Notes: generated by a model not told the origin, from the letters alone. Counted from the stretch's first letter, positions 18,854 to 29,686 are shown. The stretch is DNA of 59,847 bases from Patescibacteria group bacterium (GCA_022561335.1 JADFRL010000001.1:1-59847); one strand, 5' to 3'. Numbers and translations are program-made.

Positions 18854-20098
18854 TTATTCATACCCCAAGGCTTCGATAGGACTTTTCTTTGATGCCTTTC
18901 TTGCAGGGTAAAGGCCGAACACGACTCCCACAAGGGTTGAAACAGTTATCCCGAGGAGTGCTGCAGACACAGGAAATGTATACTCCCACTGCAGATTTGT
19001 ATACTGAGTAAGTGTAAACGCCACCGTAAAAGAAAGAAACGCTCCAAGTATAATGGCAATAACACCACCTAAGCCGGTGAGCATTGCCGCCTCAAGCAAG
19101 AACTGAAAAAGAATATCCCTATCAGTTGCTCCAACAGCTTTCCGAAGTCCCACTTCTTTAGTTCTCTCTGTTACAGAAACAAGCATGATGTTCATAACTC
19201 CAACACCAGCTACAACCAAAGCGATAGCAACCACCGAGGATAAAAATACAGTCAGAGCTCCAATAATTGACTTAATCTGCTCTACAGCCGCCTGTGAAGT
19301 AACGACAAAAAAATCATCCTTATCTGGGTCAGTTATGTTATGTGATTGTCTAAGTGTAGCCTCAATATCAACAACGGTCCGGGCAACATTTTCGGGATTG
19401 TCGACTTTGGTAATAATCTCGTTAAAATAATCGATGCCGAGTAAATATGCCTGCGCTGTTGTATAGGGAACAATTGCAAGGTCATTCAAATTAAAGAGTG
19501 AAACTTGCCCCTTTTCTGCAAGAACTCCAACCACTCGAAATTTTCTGCCTTTGATCTTAATAAATTTCCCAACCGCATCACTCTCTCCAAACAATTCTCT
19601 TCTCACTTTAGATCCTATGACAACAACGCTGGCGCGATCTTTAATATCCTGCTCATCAAAAAGTACTCCTTCACCAGGAAAAACATTAAAAGCTGACGAA
19701 ATAAATTCTGCCGAGCCGCCCATGGTCATGGGTCTGTAGGTTTCTCCTTGGTACGAAATACTTCCCGGAACTATGAGTACGGGCATAATATCAACCAGAT
19801 GGGGCACATTACTCTTTTTCTTTAGAAGTTCAACATCTCTTATTTTGAGTGAATCTGAAAAAAGGGTTTGCCCAATATCTGAAGGTCCTTTAGGCTCCTG
19901 TCCCGGCCTAATAGCAATCGTTTCAGCTCCAAAGCCGCTGATCTCATTTAGTATCAGGTTCTCAGCGCCTTGTCCGATAGACATCACCAGAATAATCGAT
20001 GTTATCCCTATAACAATCCCTAAGATGGTAAGACCGGAACGTGTCTTGTTTGTCTTGAGTCCGACAAAGGCAGTTTTTACACTATATTTTAAAGTCAT
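18854..20098 (-). CDS. MacB/FtsX-like ABC transporter permease
   Basis: RSGLTILGIVIGI, GVMNIMLVSVTERTKEVGLRKAVGA and YPARKAS..PIEAL. Confidence 0.93.
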   Translation of the reverse strand: MTLKYSVKTAFVGLKTNKTRSGLTILGIVIGITSIILVMSIGQGAENLILNEISGFGAETIAIRPGQEPKGPSDIGQTLFSDSLKIRDVELLKKKSNVPHLVDIMPVLIVPGSISYQGETYRPMTMGGSAEFISSAFNVFPGEGVLFDEQDIKDRASVVVIGSKVRRELFGESDAVGKFIKIKGRKFRVVGVLAEKGQVSLFNLNDLAIVPYTTAQAYLLGIDYFNEIITKVDNPENVARTVVDIEATLRQSHNITDPDKDDFFVVTSQAAVEQIKSIIGALTVFLSSVVAIALVVAGVGVMNIMLVSVTERTKEVGLRKAVGATDRDILFQFLLEAAMLTGLGGVIAIILGAFLSFTVAFTLTQYTNLQWEYTFPVSAALLGITVSTLVGVVFGLYPARKASKKSPIEALGYE

Positions 20099-20118
20099 TG
20101 TTTCAATTACATTAAATA

Positions 20119-20811
20119 CTATACTTTGCGTCTGCTTTCCACCCTGTCATCTTTTTCCACCATTCCGTCTTTAATATAGATTATCCGCTGTGCAAATTCA
20201 CTTAAATACTGTTCATGAGTAATTAACACTATAGTGCGCCTTGCCGTATGGAGATCTGCCAGGATTTTGAGAATATCCATGCCAGATTTTGAGTCTAAAT
20301 TTCCCGTCGGCTCATCTGCAAAGATAACCGAAGGATTATTGACAAGCGCACGCGCTATTGCCACTCGCTGCTTCTCGCCTCCTGAAAGCTCCGCAGGATC
20401 ATGTTCAGTCCTATGAGAAAGACCGACTAAATCCAGCACATCTAGAGCCATGGTATTCCACTTTGATTCTTCAACACTCGAATACAAAAGTGGCAGCTTT
20501 ACGTTATCGAGCGCCGAAGTTCGGGGAAGCAAATTAAATGTCTGAAACACAAAACCCATTTTTTTATTCCGCACATGGGCGACTTCATCTTCCCTATAAT
20601 CGTCAATAGTATTGCCATCAAATGTATAGACACCACTGCTCTGGCGATCAAGAAAACCCAGAACGTGAAGCAGTGTGGATTTGCCGGAACCTGATGGTCC
20701 CATGATAGCCACAAACTCACCCTTTTCAATTGATAGCGAAACTCCGCGAAGAGCACGAGTCCCATCCGGGTATGTTTTTTCAATATCTTTTGCAAGAAGC
20801 AGGGGCTTCAT
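20119..20811 (-). CDS. MacB/LolD-like ABC transporter ATP-binding protein
   Basis: [24 protein letters not shown] and ADEPTGNLD. Confidence 0.95.
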   Translation of the reverse strand: MKPLLLAKDIEKTYPDGTRALRGVSLSIEKGEFVAIMGPSGSGKSTLLHVLGFLDRQSSGVYTFDGNTIDDYREDEVAHVRNKKMGFVFQTFNLLPRTSALDNVKLPLLYSSVEESKWNTMALDVLDLVGLSHRTEHDPAELSGGEKQRVAIARALVNNPSVIFADEPTGNLDSKSGMDILKILADLHTARRTIVLITHEQYLSEFAQRIIYIKDGMVEKDDRVESRRKV

Positions 20812-20823
20812 GAAGACTGCAGT

Positions 20824-22368
20824 CTAGTCATTAATGAAAATAACCACTTTATCTCCTTCATTGATTCCTCTTATTATTTCTATGTTGCCGTCTGAACCTC
20901 TAAGTCCTACCTCAACTTCGACTTCCTCAATTTCTCCATCTACTAAAATTCTGACAATTTTTTTACCTTCTTTCCTGATGACAGCTCGCGATGGTATTGC
21001 AACGACATTCTTCCTAACTCCACTTTCAATATTAATATTGGCTGTCATACCTGATTTTATACGCTCGTCTTCTTTTAGAAATTGCAGTGTCGTTCCATAT
21101 GTTGCAAGCCCATCAATAATATTTTCAGCAGGATCAATATCTGAAATAAACACCTCAAAGGAGACGTCAGCACCATATGCATCAAGGGTTACTCGGGCCT
21201 CGTCATCGACCTGCACTTGCGCTATATCAGCTTCTGGAATCTGAGCCTTAATTTCAAATTGCGACTCCGAGATGAGAACAACAATTTTTTCATTTGCTGT
21301 AATAATTTCACCAACTTTTGCATTCTGTAATGTCACGACTCCAGAAATAGGTGCACGCATTACAGTTTTTGAAAGCTGAACGCTGTACCGCAGAACATTT
21401 GCCTCGGCCTCCTCAACTTTAGCTTTTTGAGCGACAATTTTATCCTCTACGGTTCCGGCAACTGCAAGTATAAGTTCTTGTTTGGAAAGAAACAAAGCTG
21501 ATTCAGCTTTTTTGAATTTTTCGCCGGCTGTCGAAATACTTGAAATAGCGCCATTAATATTCGTGCGTGCCGATGATACATCCACTTTATACGCGTCAAT
21601 AGTAGTTTGGGTTAGCTCTGTAGTCGATTGAGCCGCATTCACAGCAAGAGCAACATCATTTAGAAAAAATTTTATTATATTTAAATTACTCTTGGCTTCT
21701 CCCGTATAAAAAGATAAATCACCGACTTCGGCAAGGTCAATGAGTGATGCTTGCCAGCTCACAAGCGCAGACTCGGCATTCATCCGCCCCTTTTCAATAT
21801 CTAACTTCAACTGCTGGCTAACTATGAAAAAGTTAATTTCCGGATTTATTCCGCTTGGATTGCTTATGAATTGGTCCACTTTATTTCGGATAGCATCGTC
21901 TGATTTTGTCAGTGCATCTTGAATTGTATCCACCACATTGGTCCTTGATTCACCGAGTGATACTTCTGCGTTCAGCACTTTTGCTTCTTCCACCAAAATC
22001 TCCTCTTCACGTGAACCTCTTCTTAGATCATCAAGATTTGCCTGTTGAATTTTTACATTCGCTTCTGCTTGCATCATTTCCGCCACTATCTCGCCCTGTT
22101 CAAGTTGAACAAGAATTGCACCCTTATTTACGATATCCCCTACATCTACAAATACGGCTGCCACCTTACCCCCTTTCTCAAAAGCAAGCTCGACGCTTTG
22201 AATGGGTACGACCCTTCCCGTAACACTCACTTCAAAGACAATATCAGCTCGCTCTGCTATCACAAACTCAATATCAGACTGTTTCTCTCCGCGGAAAAAA
22301 GAAAAACCTATAAGTATAATAATCGCTGATACGCCCGCTGTGTAAACCAAAACTTTTTTTGTACTCAT
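20824..22368 (-). CDS. MacA-like membrane fusion/adaptor subunit
   Basis: VDVGDIVNKG lipoyl half-motif, long coiled coil, RAPISGVV; in operon with the ABC genes. Confidence 0.88.
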   Translation of the reverse strand: MSTKKVLVYTAGVSAIIILIGFSFFRGEKQSDIEFVIAERADIVFEVSVTGRVVPIQSVELAFEKGGKVAAVFVDVGDIVNKGAILVQLEQGEIVAEMMQAEANVKIQQANLDDLRRGSREEEILVEEAKVLNAEVSLGESRTNVVDTIQDALTKSDDAIRNKVDQFISNPSGINPEINFFIVSQQLKLDIEKGRMNAESALVSWQASLIDLAEVGDLSFYTGEAKSNLNIIKFFLNDVALAVNAAQSTTELTQTTIDAYKVDVSSARTNINGAISSISTAGEKFKKAESALFLSKQELILAVAGTVEDKIVAQKAKVEEAEANVLRYSVQLSKTVMRAPISGVVTLQNAKVGEIITANEKIVVLISESQFEIKAQIPEADIAQVQVDDEARVTLDAYGADVSFEVFISDIDPAENIIDGLATYGTTLQFLKEDERIKSGMTANINIESGVRKNVVAIPSRAVIRKEGKKIVRILVDGEIEEVEVEVGLRGSDGNIEIIRGINEGDKVVIFIND

Positions 22369-22467
22369 ATAAAAAAGAAATGACACAATATATGCATTGT
22401 ATCATTTCTTTATGATAATTTTCAGGACAAGATATTAAATTAGACCCAACACCCTACCCACAGCACC

Positions 22468-22938
22468 TCAAGCAGAACAATTAAAGCTGTACCATTTACC
22501 AAAGTCTGGATTGAGAAAAGCCGACATTATGAGATTTATGATAAGCCACGCGGCAAGAATGACAAAAAGTCCGATAAACACAGTCCAGAAGATACTCTTG
22601 CCTTTTGATATCTGCCCTTCATTGGATCCTGCGGTAACCAAAAGAAAGCCGGCATATACAAACATCAACACTGCGACAATTATTGCGAAGAAAACGAGGA
22701 AGTTAATAATATTCTGAGCCGTTTCTAGTAGAGTACACAAATTGCAGCTGTTTCTGCCAGAAGCATCAAAACCGTCACATGCGACAATACGCCCATCAAA
22801 ACTGCTCGAGAGCTGCGCATAAGCAATTGGAGCTTGAGTGAGCAGTGCTACCCCAATAATTACAAAAAATGCTGCAATAGCTATCCAAAATAAAACATTA
22901 GTATCCGATTTTGCCTTTGCATTAAATAGATTAAACAT
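22468..22938 (-). CDS. TrbC/VirB2-like pilin of CPR type
   Basis: Signal peptide (AYA), C..C.LC, IINFLV...YAGFLLVTAGSNE..ISKGK.IFW...IGL. Confidence 0.8.
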   Translation of the reverse strand: MFNLFNAKAKSDTNVLFWIAIAAFFVIIGVALLTQAPIAYAQLSSSFDGRIVACDGFDASGRNSCNLCTLLETAQNIINFLVFFAIIVAVLMFVYAGFLLVTAGSNEGQISKGKSIFWTVFIGLFVILAAWLIINLIMSAFLNPDFGKWYSFNCSA

Positions 22939-22987
22939 CTATCGTGAATTATTCAATAGTCATTTAATTATACAACAGAACTCCAGA

Positions 22988-23476
22988 CTATAGCCATCGT
23001 CTAACGCTCTTTTTGTATTTCAAATAGTCTTCGCCAAATTTTTGTTCCAAGTATGCCTCCTCCCGGAAAATGACACCCTTGTACATCATCCATAAAACAA
23101 ACGGAAGAAAAATAAACGGCCACCACGTATTTACGGCCACCGTGACGCCAATATAAATAACGGTGAACGCAAGATACATAGGATTACGAGAGTACTTAAA
23201 AGGGCCAGCAGTAACTACATTGGATGTTGATGTTCTCGGATCTGGCTCTTCACCAAACTTTTTGAACGCGCTCACTGCGGCAAACATTAAGAAAACACCA
23301 ACAAAAGTAAGCACCAGTCCAAAGGGGACATTGAATGAGCTGCCCGGTAACATGGGGAAATGCTTCCAAAACCGAAGTGCAATACCCAAAAAAAGCGGAA
23401 CAAGATAAATTATGGGAGGCAAGAGAATCACACCGGGATTATCTGTTTGCCCTTCTCTCGATTCTGCATCTCTCAT
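22988..23476 (-). CDS. Isoprenylcysteine carboxylmethyltransferase/PEMT family protein
   Basis: GPFKYSRNPMY and REEAYLEQKFGEDYLKYKKSVRRWL. Confidence 0.9.
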   Translation of the reverse strand: MRDAESREGQTDNPGVILLPPIIYLVPLFLGIALRFWKHFPMLPGSSFNVPFGLVLTFVGVFLMFAAVSAFKKFGEEPDPRTSTSNVVTAGPFKYSRNPMYLAFTVIYIGVTVAVNTWWPFIFLPFVLWMMYKGVIFREEAYLEQKFGEDYLKYKKSVRRWL

Positions 23477-23598
23477 AATATCAAAACTATACCAGAACTT
23501 CCGCTCTCAAAAAAGACTTTGTTTAAACTTAGATTGTACATAAATACACCACCAGATATGGCAAGCATAACAGCGCCTATGACTAAAAGCAGCTTCAT
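23473..23598 (-). CDS. Small hydrophobic protein (41 aa)
   Basis: GGGAGA before the ATG; stop overlaps the next start (ATGA). Confidence 0.4.
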   Translation of the reverse strand: MKLLLVIGAVMLAISGGVFMYNLSLNKVFFESGSSGIVLIL

Positions 23599-23976
23599 TT
23601 CTTCTCCCACTTTCTTTCTATAACGAGACCTTAGAAAATAAGGTTTTGATAAAGCAGCTGACCTGAAACATGAAGAACCAAAAAAAACGAAAAAGCCGCC
23701 TTGCAGCGGTTTCTCCGTTGTACCTGTTTCAACTAGCAAGCTAATCAAACCAGATACGCAGTCCATGATAAATACAGAGCCAACATTATGCAACCCGGAT
23801 AAAACCTTGAATCGTTAATAACCTATGGATAACCTCTGGAAAAATATTGAGATCCGCACAGTATATAGTCCAAAAATAGCGGTACTTATCCACTACTTTC
23901 TTTTTTATCAGTTACTAGGACATGCTATAGGGCAAAGAGCAACCCTAGGAGTACACCCTCCTAGGGTTAAGGCCTC

Positions 23977-24348
23977 TCAAACACGCTTCCCGTTGTCCGT
24001 TGCAAGCCGTGGCCACAATCTTTTTGACAGTGGTCTTCTCCCAGATTCATCCAGAGGAAGGATGTCGCAGTAGTCGGTAAACACCAGCCACCGCCGACAC
24101 TCTCCCTGTAGGACAAACGGTTTGTTAGACCTCGTATCAGTCCACTGGCCATACTTATCAAGCCAGCGTACCTGCTGCCATGTGCCGTCCACGCACACCC
24201 TCCCCTGTGACTGCGCTGTAATAGTCGCACCACATTTACACTGAAGAGGTGCTGGCATGCACTCCATTAGCACTTCAGCAGGCAGTTTCAAATACTCGTT
24301 ACATCTCGGGCACTTGCCAATAGCCCCAATAAAAACCTCCTCCTCCAT
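23977..24348 (-). CDS. Cys-rich hypothetical protein (zinc-ribbon-like)
   Basis: Strong AAGGAGG RBS; CPRC and CKC motifs. Confidence 0.7.
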   Translation of the reverse strand: MEEEVFIGAIGKCPRCNEYLKLPAEVLMECMPAPLQCKCGATITAQSQGRVCVDGTWQQVRWLDKYGQWTDTRSNKPFVLQGECRRWLVFTDYCDILPLDESGRRPLSKRLWPRLATDNGKRV

Positions 24349-24590
24349 GGGAACCTCCTTGGAAATCTCTCTAGCTTTACCCTACTAAAAGCTACTGTAA
24401 AAGCAAGCTGTTTTTAATTGACTCCAGAATTTTTGAATGGCATTGCTTATAAGTTCAAATGTATACGTAAGTAAAAATTTACCGATTATAGAAAAAGCTG
24501 CTTTCTGCACCAACCGACAATGCTCAATCCTACAGACATAGACTCAAAATTGTTGCCGAAATGTAAAATTTTAGGCACAATACAATATAT

Positions 24591-24661
24591 TGCCGGATCG
24601 TCTAATGGTAGGACACATGCCTCTGGAGCATGGTATCTTGGTTCGAGTCCAAGTCCGGCAG
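24591..24661 (+). tRNA. tRNA-Gln (CTG)
   Basis: TGCCGGA/TCCGGCA acceptor stem, CATGC-CTCTGGA-GCATG anticodon arm, GTTCGAGTC T-loop. Confidence 0.95.
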
Positions 24662-24727
24662 CACTTCGACAAGCTCAGTGCAAACTGAGTGGAGAAGTGA
24701 GCTGAATTTATTGAAGCTCATGAGATA
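24644..24727 (+). repeat. 84-bp direct repeat, copy 1 (tRNA-Gln 3' end + CTTCGACAAGCTCAG + start codon)
   Basis: 81/84 identical to 24982-25065. Confidence 0.92.
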
Positions 24728-24980
24728 TTTTGTATATATAATTTTGTGTGAAAACAAAGGTCTCTACACTGGTTTCAGTACCAATGTAGAGAAACGATTT
24801 GCTAAGCACAAAAGAGGTAAGGGTAGTTCGTATACGCAAGCAAATAAAGCATTGAAGATCGTATATACAGAAGAGTTTTCAACTAAAGGAGAAGCTTTGA
24901 GTCGAGAAGCTCAAATTAAAAGGTGGAGGAGAGAAAAGAAACTGAATCTCATACAATTCGGAAAACTAAAAATTTCATAA
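24720..24980 (+). CDS. Stand-alone GIY-YIG nuclease (UPF0213-like)
   Basis: YFVYIILC..LYTG..NVEKRFAKH..GKG..YT and EALSREAQIKRW.R.KK. Confidence 0.92.
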   Translation: MRYFVYIILCENKGLYTGFSTNVEKRFAKHKRGKGSSYTQANKALKIVYTEEFSTKGEALSREAQIKRWRREKKLNLIQFGKLKIS

Positions 24981-24981
24981 C

Positions 24982-25065
24982 CGAGTCCAAGTCCGGCAGC
25001 ACTTCGACAAGCTCAGTGCAAGCTGAGTAGAGAAGTGAGCTGAATTTATTGAAGCTCTTGAGATA
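24982..25065 (+). repeat. 84-bp direct repeat, copy 2
   Basis: Starts 2 nt after the GIY-YIG stop; the ATG of copy 1 is TTG here. Confidence 0.92.
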
Positions 25066-25267
25066 GGTTCGGAGTACGAAGAGCATCGAAACCTACGAGT
25101 TCTATTCCGAAATAGCATACCTGCTGAGTGCAGTACCAGAAAGAAAAATCACTAAAGTGGAGTGATTTTTCTTTTACTCTCCTAAATTAATTTAGGAGAG
25201 TTTTATTGACCCAAAGACTATGTTGTACTTTTTGTTAAATTTCCCTTACTCACGTATACTTATAGAC

Positions 25268-25990
25268 ATGTTAGAAATCAAAAATCTTACAAAAACATTT
25301 GACGAACTAAAGGCGGTGGACGATGTGAGTGTTACCATCAAGAAAGGTGAAATTTTTTCCCTCATTGGTCCCAATGGTTCTGGAAAGACCACTATTATTA
25401 AAGTAATTGCAGGACTGCTTCAACCAACCGGAGGAGAGGTGGTAGTGTATGGATCAAATATCTCCGAAGACCCTATCAAATCGAAGTCCCAGATCGGGTA
25501 TATTCCTGATGAACCCACGGTGTGGTCATCAATGACAGGTGAAGAATTCCTTCATTTCACGGGCGCCTTGTTTGGTATTTCAAACGAAGCGCGGGCGAAA
25601 AAAATTTCAGAACTCCTATCACTTTTCAAGCTTGAAGGAATAGAGAAGAATTACTTTGAAAATTACTCACGAGGAAACAAGCAAAAATTTACTATCATTG
25701 CAGCTCTCCTTCACTCGCCTAAGATTCTTCTTATTGACGAACCGATTGTCGGACTTGATCCGCATAGCGCTGAAATAGCAAAAAATACGTTTCGAGAATT
25801 TGCAAACGATGGAGGGCTTATTCTTATGGCAACCCACACTCTCACTGTGGCAGAAGAAATTTCCGACCGCATAGGAGTACTCAAACAGGGAGTATTGATT
25901 GAGAGTGGAACTTTCGAGTATTTAAAGGGCGTTTCAAAACTTGAAGGAGGGGCAACGCTTGAGCAGGTTTACAACGCCCTTGTTGTCTAA
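25268..25990 (+). CDS. ABC transporter ATP-binding protein
   Basis: GPNGSGKTT, YSRGNKQK signature variant, LIDEPIVGLDP; TATACT 7 nt before ATG 25268. Confidence 0.92.
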   Translation: MLEIKNLTKTFDELKAVDDVSVTIKKGEIFSLIGPNGSGKTTIIKVIAGLLQPTGGEVVVYGSNISEDPIKSKSQIGYIPDEPTVWSSMTGEEFLHFTGALFGISNEARAKKISELLSLFKLEGIEKNYFENYSRGNKQKFTIIAALLHSPKILLIDEPIVGLDPHSAEIAKNTFREFANDGGLILMATHTLTVAEEISDRIGVLKQGVLIESGTFEYLKGVSKLEGGATLEQVYNALVV

Positions 25991-25994
25991 ATAT

Positions 25995-27680
25995 ATGACA
26001 GAGCTCCTTTTACAATATTATCGAAATAGATTTACTCGATATTTTCAAAATCAAAAACTCGCAAAACTTATAACAGTCTTTCTGTTTCTCTCAATTTTCG
26101 GCGCTCTTTCCGTCGGGATATATTTTTTTGTAAGAGGAGGACTTCTGTTCACTGTGAACACTCCTTATTTTAAAGATGTCCTCCCTTTATTTCTGTATGA
26201 AATGTTTCTCCTTATCATTGGGTTCCTTGTCATCTTGAGCGCAAGCATCACGGCATTGTATAGCCTTTTCAAACGTGAGAATAACGAATGGGTTATTGCA
26301 TCACCTCGGTTCCACACTGTCCCAACCTATACGGCTTACAGAGTATTTCTCTCTTCACTCTGGCCGTTTGTTCTCATTGCACTCCCTACTCTTTTAGCAA
26401 TGAATACGGTCTTTGGTATTGGGTTATGGAATATAATTGTCGCACTTGTCGCAATACTATTTTTTGTTGCATTTCTTGTATTCGGAACAATGTTCACGAT
26501 TATTATTATTGCATACATTCTCTCCAAAATTAAAATATCAAAAAAGAGTGTTCTTTCATTTTCTCGTCTTGCAGCCACCTGTCTTATTCTTGTTACATTA
26601 CTTGCCGCATTTAGCTGGAACCAAGCATTAGGGGGTGACATTATCGCACTTTTCCAAGCAGATGACCTAACTCAAGAGATAGCAACAATAGGCCCCATTG
26701 CTGAGAGATTTAAAGTCTTCCCGTCTGATCCGCTTGCAACCCTCCTTTTTCAAATACAAACAAAAAGTAACGAGAGCACCCTGGCGCTTCTTGGAGAGAT
26801 TGTTGCACTACTTATTATAAGTATGCTGCTCTTTACGTGGTCAAAAAAATTCTATTTGTCTCTCTGGCAGAAACTTCAGGAAAATAGTTTTGTTGCCAAA
26901 TCGCGAACGACGGGGAGAGTTCCTAAAAGCAGCTTTATACGATTTTTTAAAAGCCCTCTTTCGGCAATATATACGAAAGAGTGGCTTATAATGACGCGAA
27001 ACATTCGCAATGCGATGTGGCTCTTCTTTCTTATGATGCTTCTTTTCATTCAGACAGGATTAAACTTTGTGATGGGAAAAAACATCGCTGTGCATCAACT
27101 TAATATCGAATTATTCCCTAGTATTGTGCAAATTCTTCAGTATGCCACTATTGCTTACTTTATCAGCGCTTTTGTTATTCGTTTTGCACTCCCCTCATTT
27201 AGTACCGAACGCAAAACAGCCTGGATTCTCGCAAGTGCACCTATCGATATAGCAAAGATGTTCTGGTCAAAGTTTTGGTTTTTTAATATAATCTTTCTCG
27301 TTCTCGGCTTCGCCACTTTATTTGTAAACTTTTTTTTCCTTCATCTCAATATCGGCTCAGCCGGTTTTCTGTTTTTCCTCTCATCCATCTCAATTATTTT
27401 TATTACGACACTTGGTCTAAGCCTCGGCGCGATTTTCCCCAATTTCAACACCGATGACCCGCAGGTAATTGCCACGTCATTTCCGGGACTTATTTTTATT
27501 TCCCTCTCGCTTTCATACGGCGCGCTTGGTGCTTATCTTTTCAACGTCACTCTTATTAAAGGAGTATTGTTCCCTCTTTTCAGTTTTATGGTTATTTCAC
27601 TTCTTGTCATTGCTTTCATGCTCTACATTTCTCCGCGTTCCTTGCACCACACTGAGTTCGTTCGAAAATTTACTCGTTGA
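25995..27680 (+). CDS. Putative ABC exporter permease
   Basis: More than 10 TM segments; KEWLIMTRN and FSTERKTAWILASAPI; follows the ATPase gene. Confidence 0.82.
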   Translation: MTELLLQYYRNRFTRYFQNQKLAKLITVFLFLSIFGALSVGIYFFVRGGLLFTVNTPYFKDVLPLFLYEMFLLIIGFLVILSASITALYSLFKRENNEWVIASPRFHTVPTYTAYRVFLSSLWPFVLIALPTLLAMNTVFGIGLWNIIVALVAILFFVAFLVFGTMFTIIIIAYILSKIKISKKSVLSFSRLAATCLILVTLLAAFSWNQALGGDIIALFQADDLTQEIATIGPIAERFKVFPSDPLATLLFQIQTKSNESTLALLGEIVALLIISMLLFTWSKKFYLSLWQKLQENSFVAKSRTTGRVPKSSFIRFFKSPLSAIYTKEWLIMTRNIRNAMWLFFLMMLLFIQTGLNFVMGKNIAVHQLNIELFPSIVQILQYATIAYFISAFVIRFALPSFSTERKTAWILASAPIDIAKMFWSKFWFFNIIFLVLGFATLFVNFFFLHLNIGSAGFLFFLSSISIIFITTLGLSLGAIFPNFNTDDPQVIATSFPGLIFISLSLSYGALGAYLFNVTLIKGVLFPLFSFMVISLLVIAFMLYISPRSLHHTEFVRKFTR

Positions 27681-27918
27681 AAATATAGAGATACAACTGT
27701 CTCAATTTGATATACTGAAATTACCTGAAATACCCCTCAACGGCTTGCCCAAGTTTGGTTGTAGACCGTGGGTGCCAGAGAGCTTGTGACAGTGACCGTG
27801 ATGAGTCAACACAGCGATATTTTTAATGAGTCAAGTAATCGAGTCCTTGTTCGAGCATGCTATTCAATCGCACGAAATGCGTCGTAATTACAACATCTCG
27901 CTGTAATACAATTAACTT

Positions 27919-29298
27919 ATGGATGAACAAGAGCAACAAAATGAAGCTCAAGAGGAACAGAATGTTCAGATGGAACCAGCTCCACTATCTCCACCCCCTT
28001 CACATACGAAGCTGATAGTCGGCATTGTATTTTTACTTATTGCAGGAATCGCTGGGGCATATTTATTGTTACAACCCAAATCAGAGCCAGTTGATGATAT
28101 TCAAGTGGAAGTATCAGACCAGAATAAACCACCAAAAGGGGAAGAAATTGCACCGACAGTAAATTTAGATATAAAAAATGTAGAAAACGAAATAGATCGA
28201 GTACTAGGACCCTTACTTACACGTTACTATCCTCCTGACGGTTCAACGATATATGTATTGAGATGGACGAATAAAGGAATTGATTTGTTTAACCTTACAA
28301 CTGGACAGGAAAAGATTATAGGTAAGTATGTTACAAAAGGGAGAGTCCCTATTTTTATTATTGAAAATAATGGGCTCTTCTCACCACCGTATATTGTTGT
28401 AAGAAATGAGGAGAACAATGGAATTTTTCGGTATGACATAAAGATGGAAGAGCTGGAGGAACTCATACCTCCTCCAGATGAAGATAAGGCCGAAAGATCT
28501 GTGTACAGTTTTTTAGACGATGACAATAAACTTCTGGTTTCAGAATATCTACCACTACTAGGCATGGAGCAGTCGCTTGATGTTTCTGATTATCTTATTA
28601 ACGTAGTCTCAGGTGTAGTAACAAAATATGAAAATGGGTTTTTCTCGGAAAGACCTCGATGTGGGTATGAGTACTATGACTCAAAACACCAACGTTTTTT
28701 CGATTTTCTTTGTGGTGAAGGAATAGGAAGTTTTGATTTTCCACTCATTGAAGTATCCACAATTGATGGAAGCGAATATATAGTATACGAAAGCTCTTTT
28801 GAGGATGGTGACTATATTGGTAAAAGAGATGGCCTGCTGTTTATTTTTGATTATGATAAGAGTTCTATAGTTATAGTAGACCCACGTAAACTTGAGTCAG
28901 AGATAACTATTTATGAAAATATTTACGATTTTGTTAAATTACCAAGGTGTGGCCAGAGACGTTGGTCTTCTGTACCACTGTTTCTACCTGAAGATAATAT
29001 AATGATTTTATCTGATTCCGATTCGATTTCTTTTCTTTCATTTGATAAAAATAATAGATTACAAAATCATAATTGCATTTTTATAGCCCCCGAAAAATAT
29101 AATATCAATGTAAGATCCTTGTTCTTGTATGACAATCATTTATATTTTCAAATAAGTTTGTCTACCCGAAGAGATGGACAGCGTGTGGGGTCCTATGGCG
29201 GTTATCGTTACCCAGCGGATCAGTGGAAAGAGTATATTACAATTCTTAATCTAGATACCTATAAAACAGTTGGCTCAATACTTATTCAAGAATATTAG
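27919..29298 (+). CDS. Membrane-anchored hypothetical protein (possible beta-propeller)
   Basis: Acidic N-terminus, one TM helix, beta-rich extracellular part; AT-rich. Confidence 0.75.
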   Translation: MDEQEQQNEAQEEQNVQMEPAPLSPPPSHTKLIVGIVFLLIAGIAGAYLLLQPKSEPVDDIQVEVSDQNKPPKGEEIAPTVNLDIKNVENEIDRVLGPLLTRYYPPDGSTIYVLRWTNKGIDLFNLTTGQEKIIGKYVTKGRVPIFIIENNGLFSPPYIVVRNEENNGIFRYDIKMEELEELIPPPDEDKAERSVYSFLDDDNKLLVSEYLPLLGMEQSLDVSDYLINVVSGVVTKYENGFFSERPRCGYEYYDSKHQRFFDFLCGEGIGSFDFPLIEVSTIDGSEYIVYESSFEDGDYIGKRDGLLFIFDYDKSSIVIVDPRKLESEITIYENIYDFVKLPRCGQRRWSSVPLFLPEDNIMILSDSDSISFLSFDKNNRLQNHNCIFIAPEKYNINVRSLFLYDNHLYFQISLSTRRDGQRVGSYGGYRYPADQWKEYITILNLDTYKTVGSILIQEY

Positions 29299-29543
29299 CT
29301 TTTTTTTGGAATCCAAAGGCTATTAATTTGGTAATTTAATATCTGGGAATCTAAGGTTAAATCTGTGAAGGAAAGTGGGATAGCTATTATTTATAATATG
29401 CTCGAAGAGCGTCGTTTTGATAAAATAAAATCATTGAAAATAACCTTACAGGACTTGACCGTCCACCGTTCTAGCTCGAGAAGGTCAGCATCGTAATATG
29501 AAAAGCCTCAACGTTAATTGGGGTTTTTCATGTTACGATAGTA

Positions 29544-29686
29544 TGGTGGAGGGACTCGAACAAGCGGAGGTGCGCGCCTTGGAGGCGACAGAGCACCGAG
29601 CTGTGGCCAAGCGCACTTAGTTGAATTGGAGCGGAACGAACAATTATACTTAGTGACGGGTGACTCGAGTCCAAGTCCGGCAGCCA
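29544..29686 (+). repeat. tRNA-end-associated structured element, Gln copy
   Basis: Reverse complement aligns with 38812-38955; ends in the tRNA-Gln 3' duplicate followed by CCA. Confidence 0.75.

Larger units (their letters stand above)
24644..29686 (+). mobile_element. Accessory island downstream of tRNA-Gln bounded by tRNA 3'-end duplications
   Basis: CGAGTCCAAGTCCGGCAGC recurs at 24644, 24982 and 29666; no integrase inside. Confidence 0.65.

Noticed and set aside
24630..24719. N-terminal extension of the GIY-YIG ORF
   Set aside because: It overlaps tRNA-Gln and the repeat; the domain begins at ATG 24720.
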